DNA of 64,000 bases from Phormidesmis sp. (GCA_965248535.1 CBDFJR010000002.1:1-64000); one strand, 5' to 3'; counted from the stretch's first letter, positions 1 through 11,850 are shown. Program-made: numbers and translations. The notes: generated by a model from the letters alone, not told the origin.

Positions 1-219
1 AGTCTCTCCCCGCTAAGAATCTTTCTTATGCTTGAGATTGCTGTCCACTTTAAGTCGCAGTTTGATTGGCTTGCAGAATGGGATCGTGCTCCTAAAGAAA
101 GACCTCCACTCTTGTCAAACATTTCAAAACCGTTACATTACAAGCCTTGTCAGCGAAAGCGAAGACCCACAGTGATAAGCTGACAAATGAATTGAAACCA
201 CTTATCAAACGAGGCTGAA

Positions 220-1283
220 ATGACGGGGCAGCAGGTTCCTTACTTATTGCGGGCGGCACGAGGAGAAGCACTCGATCGTCCTCCGTATGGATGATGCGAC
301 AAGCAGGTCGCTATATGAAAGCCTATCGAGATCTGCGGGATCGCTACCCCTCGTTTCGTGAGCGCTCCGAGATTCCAGAGGTGGCGATCGAGATCTCGCT
401 GCAACCCTGGAAAGCCTTTCAGCCAGACGGCGTAATTCTCTTCTCAGATATCGTCACGCCTCTGCCGGGGATCGGCGTTGAAATGGATATTGCCGAAGGC
501 AAAGGCCCGATTATTGAGTCGCCTATTCGCACTCAAGCGCAAGTTGATCAACTGCGCCCCCTAGAACCCGAAGAGTCGCTGCCTTTTATTAAGCAGATTC
601 TCACGGCGCTGCGTCAAGAAGTCGGCAATCAGTCAACCGTGCTGGGCTTTGTCGGCGCGCCTTGGACGCTGGCCGCTTATATGGTGGAGGGCAAAGGCTC
701 TAAAACCTACTCGGTGATCAAGAACATGGCGTTCTCCGACCCGACCATCTTGCACCAGCTTTTAGGCAAATTGGCAGACTCGATCGCCACCTATATGCGC
801 TATCAGATCGACTGTGGCGCTCAAGTGGTGCAGATGTTTGACTCGTGGGCGGGTCAACTCAGCCCTCAAGACTATGACACCTTTGCTTTGCCCTATCAGC
901 AGCGCGTTTTTAAGCAAGTCAAAGCGACTCACCCCGACACCCCGCTAATCTTACTGGTGAGCGGCAGCGCAGGTGTCTTAGAGAGAATGGGGCAGTCGGG
1001 GGCTGATATCATCACCGTCGATTGGTCAGTTGATATGGCTGACGCTCGTGCTCGATTGGGCAAAGATGTCAAGGTGCAGGGAAATCTTGACCCTGGCGTT
1101 TTGTTTGGGTCTAGAGAGTTTATTCGCGATCGCATTCTCGACACCATCCGCAAAGCAGGTAATCGAGGACACATTCTCAACCTCGGACATGGTATTCTTC
1201 CCCATACACCTGAAGAAAATGCGGCTTTCTTCTTTGAAACTGCCAAACAGGTTGATAAGCTACTAGCTACATCAACTTATTAA
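220..1283 (+). CDS. hemE: Uroporphyrinogen decarboxylase (apparent 1-nt deletion near 283-286)
   Basis: ORF 291-1283 has [18 protein letters not shown] and NLGHG motifs. The N-terminus [22 protein letters not shown] starts at ATG 220 in another frame, and one extra base restores [12 protein letters not shown]. Confidence 0.93.
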
Positions 1284-1316
1284 GGGTGAGACACCCCACA
1301 CCCTACCCGCGCCCAA

Positions 1317-2275
1317 ATGACCTTAAAGCGAATCTTGGTGACTGGTGCGAGTGGCTGCATCGGTCACTACATTGCTGAAGCCTTAATTCAAGAAACCGGA
1401 CATGAACTGTTTTTGCTGGTCAGAGACCCTGACAAACTGAAGCTAAACGTTCATGCCCGCCCCGGTGTCACGGTGATTTGCTCTGATATGCGAGACATTG
1501 AGCAACATGGCAGTCTGCTCAAAACGATTCACTGTGCAGTGCTAACGGCAACGGCTTGGGGCGGTGACGAGATTCATGACATCAATGTGGTCAAAACGTT
1601 GGCGTTGATGAATCTGCTTGACCCAGAGATCTGCGAACGGGTGATTTATTTTTGTACGGCGAGTGTGTTGGGCCGCGATAATCAACCCCTCAAAGAAGCC
1701 GGAGAGATCGGCAGTGATTATATTCGCTCTAAATATATTTGCTATTCACGGCTAGGAGAGTTGGCGATCGCGCCCAAAATCACGACGGTTTTTCCGACGC
1801 TGGTGTTGGGTGGGGGCGATGGTTATCCCTATTCCCACATCTCGTCGGGCATTGCCGATGTTGTGAAGTGGATTAAGCTGATCCGGTTTTAGACGCTGAG
1901 GGCAGTTTTCACTTTGTGCACGGTCGCGATATTGCCCAAGTGGTGCGGCACCTGGTCGAGCACCCTGCCACCGAAACCGAGCCGCGGGCTATGGTTTTAG
2001 GCAACGAAAAAATCACGGTCAATCAGGCGATCGCCGAAACCTGTGACTATCTCAATCAAAAAGTTTATTTTCGGATTCCACTCTCGCTGTGGCTGGCGGA
2101 TCTGTTTATTTTTCTATTTCGCATCCAAATGGGCGACTGGGAGCGGTTTTCACTCCACTATCTGCACTTTACTTACCAGAATGCGGTCAACCCGGCGACC
2201 TTTGGGCTGCCGACCTATTGTGCCACGCTCTATGACGTGCTTAAGATCAGCGGCATTCCGCGGCGACGCAGGTAG
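1317..2275 (+). CDS. NAD-dependent epimerase/dehydratase family protein (split by apparent 1-nt deletion in T-run near 1887-1890)
   Basis: TGASGCIG Rossmann motif and YxxSK. Adding one T joins ORF 1317-1892 to ORF 1916-2275 as LIRFLDAEGSFHFVHGRD. Confidence 0.85.
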
Positions 2276-2536
2276 CAGTTGGAGAAAACGGGCGATCGCA
2301 AAAACGTTCCAGATTTAGATAGATGCCGTAAATTAGTCTCATCGTCTCAAGAAATCAAAAGTACGGATTTCACCCGATCGCTGTCTCCTGTCACCCACTC
2401 TCCCAGAGTGATAAGATTGGGATACGCTGAATGAGTAGTTCAGTCCTTAGTTTGGCTGGTTTTGCAGTGGCCCGATCGCTCCCTCAGCTAGCTTAAAACT
2501 CTCCTAAAGATTCAAAAACGTCTTATCCCTCCCGAT

Positions 2537-5344
2537 ATGCTGAAAACTCTGCTGGGCGACCCCAACGCACGTAAGCTCAAAAAATATCAACCCTACATCA
2601 CTGAGATCAAACTCTTAGAAGATGAGATTCAGGCACTCTCAGACGAGGCGTTGACCGCGAAAACCGCAGAATTTAGGCAACGACTGCAAAAGGCCAAAAA
2701 CGACAACGAGCAAAAACAGATTCTAGATGATCTGCTGCCCGAAGCCTTTGCGGTCGTGCGAGAAGCAGGCAAACGAGTTTTAGGAATGCGTCACTTTGAC
2801 GTGCAGCTTTTGGGGGGCATGGTGCTGCACAACGGGCAAATCGCCGAGATGAAAACCGGAGAAGGCAAAACCCTTGTTTCAACCCTGCCTGCTTATCTGA
2901 ATGCGCTCTCAGGCAAAGGCGTTCATGTCGTCACGGTCAACGATTATCTGGCCCGACGCGACGCGGAATGGATGGGTCAAGTGCACCGCTTTTTGGGCTT
3001 GAGTGTGGGGCTGATTCAGCAGAATATGAGTCCTGCCGAGCGTCAAAAAAACTACGCCTGTGACATCACCTACGCTACCAATAGTGAATTGGGCTTTGAC
3101 TACCTGCGCGACAACATGGCGACCTCAATGGAAGAAGTCGTGCAGCGTCCGTTTAACTATTGCGTGATTGACGAAGTAGACTCGGTGCTGATTGACGAAG
3201 CCCGAACTCCCCTGATTATTTCAGGTCAGGTCGAGCGGCCGACTGAGAAATATTTGCAAGCTTCGACGATCGCCAGTGCCCTTCGCCCCGATGAGCACTA
3301 TGAAGTCGATGAAAAGCAGCGCAACATTCTGCTGACCGACGAAGGGTTTATCGAAGCCGAGAATTTGCTGGAGGTCACCGATCTGTTTGACCCCCAAGAC
3401 CCCTGGGCGCACTATGTGTTTAACGCCATCAAAGGCAAAGAACTTTTTATCAAAGATGTCAACTACATCGTTCGCAATGACGAAGTGGTGATTGTCGATG
3501 AGTTTACTGGGCGAGTCATGCCGGGTCGGCGCTGGAGCGATGGGCTGCACCAAGCGATCGAGGCCAAAGAGCACGTCGAGATTCAAAACGAGACTCAAAC
3601 CCTAGCAACGATTACTTACCAAAACTTTTTCTTGCTCTACCCCAAACTTGCGGGCATGACGGGCACCGCCAAGACCGAAGAAGCCGAATTTGAGAAGATC
3701 TACAAGCTAGAAGTCACGATCATTCCAACTAACCGCACCACCAAGCGGGGTGATCAATCCGATGTGGTCTACAAGACTGAAGACGCTAAATGGAACGCGA
3801 TCGCCGAAGAATGCGCCGAGATGCACCGCGACGGCCGTCCCGTTTTGGTGGGTACCACCAGCGTTGAGAAGTCAGAATTGCTTTCAGGTTTGCTGGCCGA
3901 TCAGGGCGTGCCGCACAACTTGCTCAACGCCAAACCAGAAAACGTCGAGCGAGAATCTGAGATTATTGCTCAAGCCGGACGCAAAGGCAAAGTGACGATC
4001 GCCACCAATATGGCGGGGCGCGGCACCGACATTATTCTGGGCGGCAACTCAGACTATATGGCGCGTCTCAAGATTCGTGAATATCTGATGCCCAAAATCG
4101 TCCAGCCTGAGGACGAAGACCAATTTGGCGGGGCACGAGGGTTTGGCGATCTTCGCGGCAGTGCTCAAGGCTTTGGTGTCAATCAAAAAGTCAAGACCTG
4201 GAAAGTCAAATCTGATATCTATCCCACCGATCTCTCGCGCGAAACGGAGCAACGTCTGAAGGATGCCGTTTCGACCGCCGTCAAACAATATGGCGAACGC
4301 AGCCTACCTGAGTTGGAAGCCGAAGATAAGATCGCAACTGCGGCCGAAAAAGCGCCCACCAGCGACCCAGCGATTCAACAACTGCGAGAAGTTTATAAGC
4401 TAATTCGTCAAGAATACGACGCATTTACCGACAGCGAACACGAAGAAGTCGTTGGCTTTGGGGGTCTACACGTCATTGGCACTGAGCGACACGAGTCGCG
4501 GCGAATCGACAATCAACTGCGCGGACGGGCAGGGCGACAGGGCGATCCGGGTTCGACCAAGTTCTTTCTCAGCTTGCAGGATAATTTGCTGCGAATTTTT
4601 GGCGGCGATCGCGTTGCTGGCTTGATGAATGCCTTCCGGGTCGAAGAAGATATGCCGATCGAGTCGGGGATGTTGACCCGATCGCTGGAAGGCGCTCAAA
4701 AGAAAGTCGAAACCTACTACTACGACATTCGTAAGCAGGTGTTTGAGTATGACGAAGTGATGAACAATCAGCGTCGTGCCATCTACGCCGAGCGTCGCCG
4801 AGTGCTTGAGGGGCAAGACCTCAAAGAGCAAGTGGTTAAATATGCCGAGCAAACGATGGATGACATCGTGAATGCTTACATTAACGTTGACCTACCGCCC
4901 GAAGAGTGGGAACTCGATAAGCTCGTCGGCAAAGTCAAAGAATTTGTCTATCTGCTAGAAGATCTAGAGCCAGATCAGTTAGCAGACATGACCTTGGGCG
5001 AAATCAAAACCTTCTTGCACGAGCAGGCCCGCATTGCCTATGACCTGAAGGAAGCCGAAGTCGATCAGCTTCAGCCGGGCTTAATGCGCCAAGCCGAACG
5101 ATTCTTTATTCTTAACCGCATCGACACGCTGTGGAGAGAACACCTTCAGCAGATGGATGCTCTACGCGAATCGGTCGGCTTGCGAGGCTATGGGCAAAAA
5201 GACCCGCTCATTGAGTATAAGAGCGAAGGCTACGAACTGTTTTTAGAGATGATGATCAACATCCGTCGAGATGTGGTGTATTCGCTGTTCCAGTTCCAGC
5301 CCCAAGCGCAGGCCCCAGTTGAGGCAACCTCTGAGATGATTTAA
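2537..5344 (+). CDS. secA: Preprotein translocase ATPase SecA
   Basis: [38 protein letters not shown] and [18 protein letters not shown] motifs; 935 aa. Confidence 0.99.
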   Translation: MLKTLLGDPNARKLKKYQPYITEIKLLEDEIQALSDEALTAKTAEFRQRLQKAKNDNEQKQILDDLLPEAFAVVREAGKRVLGMRHFDVQLLGGMVLHNGQIAEMKTGEGKTLVSTLPAYLNALSGKGVHVVTVNDYLARRDAEWMGQVHRFLGLSVGLIQQNMSPAERQKNYACDITYATNSELGFDYLRDNMATSMEEVVQRPFNYCVIDEVDSVLIDEARTPLIISGQVERPTEKYLQASTIASALRPDEHYEVDEKQRNILLTDEGFIEAENLLEVTDLFDPQDPWAHYVFNAIKGKELFIKDVNYIVRNDEVVIVDEFTGRVMPGRRWSDGLHQAIEAKEHVEIQNETQTLATITYQNFFLLYPKLAGMTGTAKTEEAEFEKIYKLEVTIIPTNRTTKRGDQSDVVYKTEDAKWNAIAEECAEMHRDGRPVLVGTTSVEKSELLSGLLADQGVPHNLLNAKPENVERESEIIAQAGRKGKVTIATNMAGRGTDIILGGNSDYMARLKIREYLMPKIVQPEDEDQFGGARGFGDLRGSAQGFGVNQKVKTWKVKSDIYPTDLSRETEQRLKDAVSTAVKQYGERSLPELEAEDKIATAAEKAPTSDPAIQQLREVYKLIRQEYDAFTDSEHEEVVGFGGLHVIGTERHESRRIDNQLRGRAGRQGDPGSTKFFLSLQDNLLRIFGGDRVAGLMNAFRVEEDMPIESGMLTRSLEGAQKKVETYYYDIRKQVFEYDEVMNNQRRAIYAERRRVLEGQDLKEQVVKYAEQTMDDIVNAYINVDLPPEEWELDKLVGKVKEFVYLLEDLEPDQLADMTLGEIKTFLHEQARIAYDLKEAEVDQLQPGLMRQAERFFILNRIDTLWREHLQQMDALRESVGLRGYGQKDPLIEYKSEGYELFLEMMINIRRDVVYSLFQFQPQAQAPVEATSEMI

Positions 5345-5367
5345 GAGTCTTTAATAGAATCGCTTGC

Positions 5368-5397
5368 GGGGTGGATAAGCTTATTCACCCCATTTTT
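5368..5397 (+). terminator. Rho-independent terminator after secA
   Basis: GGGGTGGATAA-GC-TTATTCACCCC hairpin followed by ATTTTT. Confidence 0.8.
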
Positions 5398-5517
5398 AGG
5401 CGCGAGTCACCTCAGCGATCTACCAATGGAAACCATTAAATAGACTGATAGCTAAAGGCTTGTGAAATAAGCTCACCTCATCGTTAAATAGAACTGTCCC
5501 GCGATCGAGACACTTTC

Positions 5518-6024
5518 ATGCAGACCTCAAACCCTTCCTCACCTTCCTCGATTAAATTCTTGAACCGAAGTCACCTGATTCGCGCCTTAGAAACCGTTCA
5601 AGATGGCATTGTTGTTTCTTTGTGCGTTGGTTTATTCTGCGTCATGGTGGTTCAGCTTAGAGACCTGTTTATTTCGCTGCTGCCTCCCCTGCATTTTCGA
5701 GATGTCACCGCAGACATTTTGTTTTCGCTGATTTTGGTTGAGCTATTTCGACTGCTGATTATTTATTTGCAAGAACAGCGAGTGTCGATCGGGGTAGCCG
5801 TCGAAGTGGCGATCGTGTCAGTTCTGCGAGAAGTGATCGTGCGCGGAGTCTTAGAAGTTGAATGGACTCAAGTTTTAGCAACCTGCGCGTTTTTGATGGT
5901 GATGGCGCTACTGCTAGTTGTGCGGGTTTGGTTACCACCCACTTTTAGCGGCATTGACCCCGAAAGACGCATTGCTGAGACTTATCAGGTCAGTAAAGAA
6001 AAGGTGACAATGAACGGTCATTAG
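5518..6024 (+). CDS. PsiE-family (phosphate-starvation-inducible) membrane protein
   Basis: About four hydrophobic segments with LILVELFRLLIIYL and EVAIVSVLREVI, typical of the PsiE family. Confidence 0.75.
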   Translation: MQTSNPSSPSSIKFLNRSHLIRALETVQDGIVVSLCVGLFCVMVVQLRDLFISLLPPLHFRDVTADILFSLILVELFRLLIIYLQEQRVSIGVAVEVAIVSVLREVIVRGVLEVEWTQVLATCAFLMVMALLLVVRVWLPPTFSGIDPERRIAETYQVSKEKVTMNGH

Positions 6025-6241
6025 AGAGTGAGAATTCGGCGATTTAGACGTTCTTAGGTTGTTCAATCTGCAATCCCAGCTAGGAGACGGATGGGTCTTG
6101 GTCAGACAGCGGGTTTCTCGGTAGGTCGTGGCTTGATCAGACTTCACACCCAAAACACCCTTCACTGAGTGCGATAATAGAGAACTCAATTCTTTGCCGA
6201 TCAGCCTGAATTTTTTACTAATCGTAAAGCGACTCTGAGCT

Positions 6242-7222
6242 ATGTCTACCCCCGATCGTAAACCGATTCTCCTCGATTTTGAGAAGCCCCTCGCCGAGCT
6301 AGAATCCCGCATCACCCAGATTCGCGAGCTTGCTGAAGAAAATGATGTCGATGTGACTGAGCAGATTCGTCACCTGGATGCAAAAGCTGTACAGCTTCGT
6401 CAAGAAATTTTTAGCAGCCTGTCAGCCGCCCAGCGCCTACAAGTAGCCCGCCACCCGCGACGACCCAGCACCTTTGACTATATTCAGGCGATCAGCGAAG
6501 ACTGGATGGAGCTACACGGCGATCGGGGCGGCTATGACGATCCGGCAGTGGTTGGGGGTGTGGCCCGGCTAGACGGGCGACCCGTGATGATGTTAGGTCA
6601 ACAAAAAGGGCGTGACACCAAAGACAACATCACCCGCAACTTTGGCATGGCCTCGCCCGGTGGCTATCGCAAAGCCATGCGACTGATGGAACACGCCAAT
6701 CGATTTTCGATGCCTATTTTGACGTTTATCGACACTCCCGGCGCTTATGCAGGGTTGAGTGCCGAAGAGCTAGGGCAAGGCGAAGCGATCGCTTATAACC
6801 TGCGAGAGATGTTTCGGCTAGACGTGCCGATTATTTGCACGGTGATTGGCGAAGGCGGCTCAGGCGGTGCGCTGGGAATTGGGGTCGGCGATCGCTTGAT
6901 GATGTTTGAGCATTCTGTCTACACGGTGGCCACGCCCGAAGCCTGTGCTGCGATTCTCTGGCGCGATGCCACAAAAGCTCATCAAGCCGCCGAAGCGTTA
7001 AAAATCACGGCAGCCGATCTCAAAGACTTAGGCATCTTAGACGAATTGTTAACCGAGCCGATCGGGGGTGCTCATTCCAATCCGCTCAAGGCGGCCGAGA
7101 TTCTCAAAGAAGCCCTGCTCAGAAACCTCGGCGAATTGGATCAGATGAGCGGACAGCAGCGCCGTGAGCTTCGCTATCAGAAGTTTCGGAGTATTGGCAA
7201 GTTTGCCGAAGTGACGGTTTAA
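6242..7222 (+). CDS. accA: Acetyl-CoA carboxylase carboxyltransferase alpha subunit
   Basis: [28 protein letters not shown] and [10 protein letters not shown] motifs. Confidence 0.98.
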   Translation: MSTPDRKPILLDFEKPLAELESRITQIRELAEENDVDVTEQIRHLDAKAVQLRQEIFSSLSAAQRLQVARHPRRPSTFDYIQAISEDWMELHGDRGGYDDPAVVGGVARLDGRPVMMLGQQKGRDTKDNITRNFGMASPGGYRKAMRLMEHANRFSMPILTFIDTPGAYAGLSAEELGQGEAIAYNLREMFRLDVPIICTVIGEGGSGGALGIGVGDRLMMFEHSVYTVATPEACAAILWRDATKAHQAAEALKITAADLKDLGILDELLTEPIGGAHSNPLKAAEILKEALLRNLGELDQMSGQQRRELRYQKFRSIGKFAEVTV

Positions 7223-7566
7223 CCCAGAGAAGCCTGTGCTGCTAAAAGAAACCTCTCCATTTTGCGCTAATATGAATAAGCGTAACAATTGTTAACAATT
7301 CCTTGGTTTGTTGACCTTAACTAGAACTAATGTTTTGGTTCTAGTAAGGATTATGATCAAAGGGGCGACTGAGTTTTTCAAACCGTTCTCACTCTTTAAC
7401 GTTTAACTACGCTCAGAGGGTCTCCTGTATTGATCGATGTTTCGTCGCTTTTGGTGTGCGAATGTCGCGGTCTGGTTCTTGTTTTCGCCTGCGTCGTCAA
7501 CGAGGTGCCCAGTTAGCGGTTGACCTTCAAAACGCTTGCTCACCCTTGAGTTAATAAGAGTATTGC

Positions 7567-8292
7567 ATGACCCTTCCTTTAGACCGACGTGCCCTGATTA
7601 CGGGCGCGAGCAGCGGAATTGGCAAAGCAACTGCCCTGGCGTTTGCTGAAGCTGGGATTCACCTAGCCTTGGTGAGTCGCTCTCAGCCTCAGTTAGAAGT
7701 CGTGGCAGACGCGGCTCGTCAGTTTGGTGTCAAGGTGCAGGTTTACCCGATCGACCTGTCAGCCGTGGCTCAAGTGCGATCGCAGATCGCGGCGATCGCT
7801 GCCGAGTTTGGCCCCCTAGATATTCTGATCAATAACGCTGGCATGGGCTACACAGGCTCTCTGATGGATATGTCACTCGCCGACTGGCAGCAGGTGATCA
7901 ACCTCAACGTGACTAGCGTTTTGCAGTGCATTCAGGCCGTGTTGCCCGGAATGCGGGAGCGCCAGCAGGGGACGATCGTTAACGTTGCCTCGATCGCCGC
8001 CCATCAAACGTTTCCTAATTGGGGAGCCTATTGCGTCAGCAAGTCGGGTTTATTGGCCCTGTCAAAAACTCTGGCAGCCGAAGAGCGGGCCCACGGCATT
8101 CGGGTGATCACCGTGTCTCCTGGCTCCGTCAACACATCCCTTTGGGACACTGACACCGTTGACGCAGACTTTGATCGTGCCAGCATGTTGACCCCAGATG
8201 TTGTTGCCCAATCGATTCTCTATGCAACGCTTATGCCTCACCAAGCCGTAGTTGAGGAGTTGATTTTAATGCCCAACGCGGGCGCTTTCTAA
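7567..8292 (+). CDS. SDR family oxidoreductase
   Basis: TGASSGIG, NNAG and YCVSK motifs; directly upstream of folE. Confidence 0.92.
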   Translation: MTLPLDRRALITGASSGIGKATALAFAEAGIHLALVSRSQPQLEVVADAARQFGVKVQVYPIDLSAVAQVRSQIAAIAAEFGPLDILINNAGMGYTGSLMDMSLADWQQVINLNVTSVLQCIQAVLPGMRERQQGTIVNVASIAAHQTFPNWGAYCVSKSGLLALSKTLAAEERAHGIRVITVSPGSVNTSLWDTDTVDADFDRASMLTPDVVAQSILYATLMPHQAVVEELILMPNAGAF

Positions 8293-8353
8293 GCCGTGCG
8301 TCGATTGTGGGCATGGTGTGTTCGTTCCTTCATAACCCCTAGCTGGATTTATC

Positions 8354-9055
8354 ATGACTATTGCTTCCCCAAACGGGTCTAACACCTCTGACTCGTCGCC
8401 TTCTAAAGTTGCCAATCTAGAGCCGAGACCCGATCGCAACACCCTCAACGGTCAAGAGGCCAAGCTGCGATCGCCCTCTGACATCAGCCAAGAAGAGATG
8501 ATGGCTGCCGTGAGAACAATGCTGTTGGGCGTAGGTGAAGACCCCGATCGCGAAGGGTTGCTCAAAACGCCAAAACGGGTCGCTGAGGCGATGCGGTTTT
8601 TGACCAGCGGCTATGACACGTCGCTAGAAGAGTTGGTCAACGGTGCCATCTTTGACGAAGGTCACAACGAGATGGTGCTGGTGCGTGATATCAATGCGTT
8701 TAGCTTGTGCGAACATCACATGCTGCCGTTTATGGGTCGAGTGCACGTTGCTTATATTCCCAACCAAAAAGTGGTCGGGTTGAGCAAACTGGCCAGAATC
8801 GTCGAGATGTATTCGCGGCGGTTGCAGGTGCAAGAGCGTCTGACCCGGCAAATTGCTGAGGCCGTCAAGGAAATTTTGGAGCCGAGAGGCGTTGCTGTCG
8901 TGATGGAGGCCAGCCACATGTGCATGGTGATGCGCGGGGTGCAAAAACCCGGTTCGTGGACGGTGACCAGTGCGATGGTGGGCGTGTTTCAAGACGATCA
9001 AAAAACCCGTGAAGAGTTTCTCAATCTGATTCGTCACCAGCCTTCTTTCTGGTAG
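8354..9055 (+). CDS. folE: GTP cyclohydrolase I
   Basis: [26 protein letters not shown] and HMCMVMRGV motifs. Confidence 0.98.
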   Translation: MTIASPNGSNTSDSSPSKVANLEPRPDRNTLNGQEAKLRSPSDISQEEMMAAVRTMLLGVGEDPDREGLLKTPKRVAEAMRFLTSGYDTSLEELVNGAIFDEGHNEMVLVRDINAFSLCEHHMLPFMGRVHVAYIPNQKVVGLSKLARIVEMYSRRLQVQERLTRQIAEAVKEILEPRGVAVVMEASHMCMVMRGVQKPGSWTVTSAMVGVFQDDQKTREEFLNLIRHQPSFW

Positions 9056-9111
9056 GTCTAACTAACCTGAACCATAAGGTCTAGCGCCTCGCCTCTGTAC
9101 TCCAGATTTCC

Positions 9112-9136
9112 GTAAGGGCATGGCATTGCCGTGCCC
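9112..9136. repeat. REP-like short palindrome, copy 1
   Basis: GTAA-GGGCATGGC-ATT-GCCGTGCCC between convergent folE and trpF; 22/25 identical to 55567-55591. Confidence 0.7.
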
Positions 9137-9180
9137 ATTGCCTATGCCAGTGACCGATATCCTTTAATTCACCCTCTTAT

Positions 9181-9837
9181 TCACTCCACTTTTCTTAATC
9201 GCTCAAATAGGCTTGCAACCTGCTCTAGATTCTTATCACCTGGGGCGTTTTCAACCCCGCTAGACAAGTCGATTCCATCCGGTGACAAGGCTTCCAGAGC
9301 CTCTAAGACATTATCGGCATTGAGTCCGCCTGCCAAAAGCCAGGGACAAGTCGGACGAAACGATCGTAGCATTGACCAATCTAGCGTTTCACCCGTGCCG
9401 CCTTGAAGGGTGGGGTGATAGGCATCTAGCAGCAGGGCATCGACCCAACCCTGATAGAGGTCTGCCTGACCCAAAGCTGCGGGAGTTTTGATTCTTAAAG
9501 CTTTGATAATCTCAACCTCAGGAAGCGCCCGGCGCAGTTGGTGACAAAACTCTGGCGACTCGCTGCCGTGAAGCTGAACGCTGTTTAGCCCAGCGATCGC
9601 CACCGTCTGACCGATTTCTAGCAGCGATGCGTTGAGAAAGACACCGACCCGATCGAGCTTTTCGCCCGTCGTCAAATTTTTGGGCAACCGATCAACAATG
9701 GCGCGAATCTGGATCGGGGAAACATAGCGAGGCGTGCCCGCGACGCAGATAAACCCCAAAGCGGTCGCTCCTAGGTCAGCGATCGCGCAGCCCTGATCGG
9801 CCTGAGTGATGCCGCAAATTTTGACACGTAGACCCAT
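9181..9837 (-). CDS. trpF: Phosphoribosylanthranilate isomerase
   Basis: VKICGIT, VQLHGSE, GGTG, LAGGL and DLSSGVE motifs. Confidence 0.97.
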   Translation of the reverse strand: MGLRVKICGITQADQGCAIADLGATALGFICVAGTPRYVSPIQIRAIVDRLPKNLTTGEKLDRVGVFLNASLLEIGQTVAIAGLNSVQLHGSESPEFCHQLRRALPEVEIIKALRIKTPAALGQADLYQGWVDALLLDAYHPTLQGGTGETLDWSMLRSFRPTCPWLLAGGLNADNVLEALEALSPDGIDLSSGVENAPGDKNLEQVASLFERLRKVE

Positions 9838-9972
9838 CTGGTTTTTGTAGGTTTAAGGTTCTGTAGGTTTAAGTTTTAAATCAGAATTTGCCTAAATCTC
9901 AAAACTTGAAACTCAGACTTCTATAATCACTGAGTATTTATACTTGCCCAGTTAGAATTAGGAGCAAAATTC

Positions 9973-10245
9973 TTGATTTACTCTACTTTACTAGGGGTTG
10001 CAGCAACAGCGCGGACAGTTGAATGGTCACCGATGGTGGGCTTGACGATGAGCCTTTGCTGTTTGTTTGCCGTCGCGATCGGGCGCACTGCCATCAAAAA
10101 TCGTGGTATCGGGCCCAAACTGCCCGTCCAAAACCCCGCTCTCTTTGACGGGTTTGGCATTCCTGAGCTTTTAGCCACCATGAGCTTTGGTCACGTTTTA
10201 GGGGCAGGCGTGATTTTGGGCTTGAGCAACGCGGGCGTTCTCTAA
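9973..10245 (+). CDS. psaK: Photosystem I subunit PsaK
   Basis: 90 aa with two TM helices and PELLATMSFGHVLGAGVILGL; TTG start behind AGGAG RBS. Confidence 0.93.
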   Translation: MIYSTLLGVAATARTVEWSPMVGLTMSLCCLFAVAIGRTAIKNRGIGPKLPVQNPALFDGFGIPELLATMSFGHVLGAGVILGLSNAGVL

Positions 10246-10254
10246 CAGCAGACG

Positions 10255-10303
10255 AACGAGCTTAGTTGGGACACCGCCCTGATACCTGACGAAGCTCGTT
10301 TTT
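10255..10303 (+). terminator. Probable terminator after psaK
   Basis: AACGAGCTT...AAGCTCGTT inverted repeat followed by a T-run; the loop is unusually long. Confidence 0.55.
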
Positions 10304-10417
10304 GTGAATTCAGATCAACTATGCTGGGGGAAAAGCCTAGCGTTTTCTAGGATCGTGACGCAGCCTGTGATTTGACGAACGATCGTGGACGATGTTAGGC
10401 ATAGCTGATTTAGGAAA

Positions 10418-11644
10418 TTGTTCATGCAGTCAAGCTGGCGCGCTGGCTCTTTATTTGGCATTCCGCTGTTGATCGATCCGTCTTGGTTTTTGGTGCTGTC
10501 ACTGATTACTTTATCGGATAGTTCACTGTTTCAAAAAATTCACCCCGAATGGGGATCGACGATCGCTTGGGTGACCGGGCTGCTGATGGCACTCCTCTTG
10601 TTTGCCTCGGTGCTGCTGCACGAGTTGGGTCACAGTTTTGTTGCCAAGGCTCAGGGCATTCCGGTTAAGTCGATTACCCTGTTCTTTTTTGGTGGCATTG
10701 CCGCGATCGAGCAAGAACCCAAAACCCCCGGCAAAGCGTTTCAGGTCGCGATCGCGGGCCCGCTCGTCAGTTTTAGCCTGTTTATCTTCCTCAGCTTGTT
10801 GACCCTAGCGCTGCCCGGAGACAGCACCCCGGTTGCCGTGTTGACCCAGCGACTGGCCAGCATCAATTTAGTTTTAACGCTGTTTAACATGATTCCGGGG
10901 TTGCCCCTAGACGGCGGGTTGGTGCTCAAAGCGATCGTCTGGAAGATCACAGGCAGCCATTTTCAAGGGGTGCACTGGGCGGCTAGAGTGGGCAAAACTT
11001 TGGGCAGTTTAGCGATCGCTCTCGCTATTGTGGGCGTGTTGGGACGAGCGATTTCTGTCTTTACTGGACTCTACATAACCCTCATTGCCTGGTTTGTGGT
11101 GCAAAATGCCACAGCCTATGATCAGCAAACCGTCCTGCAAGAAACCCTGCTCAAACTCAGTGCTGAAGATGCGATGACTCGCGAATTTCGAGTCGTCGAT
11201 GCTAACCTGACGCTGCGGCAGTTTGCCGATGATTATTTGCTGACAGCAACTCGTGCTCCTGTTTATTTTGCGGCTTCTGACGGGCGCTATCGGGGGCGAG
11301 TCGATGCCGATGCTCTGCAAACCATTGAGCGCAGCCAGTGGGAAACAAAAACAGTGTTTAGCATTGTGCAGCCGTTGGCTGAGATTCCGTCGGTGCAGGA
11401 GTCTACCGCTTTGGTCGATGTGATTCGACTGATGGAAACTCAAACGCTGCCTCGCGTCACGGTGCTGTCGCCTGCGGGGGCAATTTCGGGCGTGATTGAT
11501 CGCGGTGACGTGGTGCGATCGCTCTCCAAAAAAATGAATCTGCCGATTTCAGAAGCGGCTATTAAGCAAATCAAAGACGAAGGCACCTACCCACCGGGGT
11601 TGCAGCTAGGGGCGATCGCCAAAGCCGCCGCAGACTTCCGGTGA
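10418..11644 (+). CDS. Site-2 protease (peptidase M50) with CBS domains
   Basis: HELGH zinc motif, AGP and NMIPGLPLDGG, followed by a CBS-like C-terminal pair. Confidence 0.93.
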   Translation: MFMQSSWRAGSLFGIPLLIDPSWFLVLSLITLSDSSLFQKIHPEWGSTIAWVTGLLMALLLFASVLLHELGHSFVAKAQGIPVKSITLFFFGGIAAIEQEPKTPGKAFQVAIAGPLVSFSLFIFLSLLTLALPGDSTPVAVLTQRLASINLVLTLFNMIPGLPLDGGLVLKAIVWKITGSHFQGVHWAARVGKTLGSLAIALAIVGVLGRAISVFTGLYITLIAWFVVQNATAYDQQTVLQETLLKLSAEDAMTREFRVVDANLTLRQFADDYLLTATRAPVYFAASDGRYRGRVDADALQTIERSQWETKTVFSIVQPLAEIPSVQESTALVDVIRLMETQTLPRVTVLSPAGAISGVIDRGDVVRSLSKKMNLPISEAAIKQIKDEGTYPPGLQLGAIAKAAADFR

Positions 11645-11769
11645 GCAAGTTTTTGATCAGCTAGTGAGCCGCGAAATTGAAACGTCTCACGGTCGCCAAC
11701 ACAGAACTTTATCTAAACTCTTGATTGCAAGGACTAGGAAAGCGCCCTAGCCCCAGTCCTTCAGCCCCA

Positions 11770-11785
11770 GTTCGGAAACCCGTAC
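11770..11785 (+). promoter_or_regulatory. K-box activating element upstream of groESL
   Basis: GTTCGG-AAAC-CCGTAC matches the cyanobacterial K-box consensus GTTCGG-NNAN-CCNNAC. Confidence 0.85.
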
Positions 11786-11796
11786 TCAAAATAAAG

Positions 11797-11825
11797 TTGC
11801 ATCTGGGGTGAACCTCCGCTAAATT
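11797..11825 (+). promoter_or_regulatory. sigma70-type groESL promoter
   Basis: TTGCAT-17 nt-TAAATT, with the -10 overlapping CIRCE. Confidence 0.75.
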
Positions 11826-11850
11826 AGCACTCAGGAGCCGAGAGTGCTAA
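11824..11850. promoter_or_regulatory. CIRCE operator (HrcA site)
   Basis: Perfect TTAGCACTC-N9-GAGTGCTAA. Confidence 0.97.

Noticed and set aside
7323..7336. LexA box in the accA-SDR spacer
   Set aside because: Two mismatches to RGTACNNNDGTWCB and no repair gene downstream.
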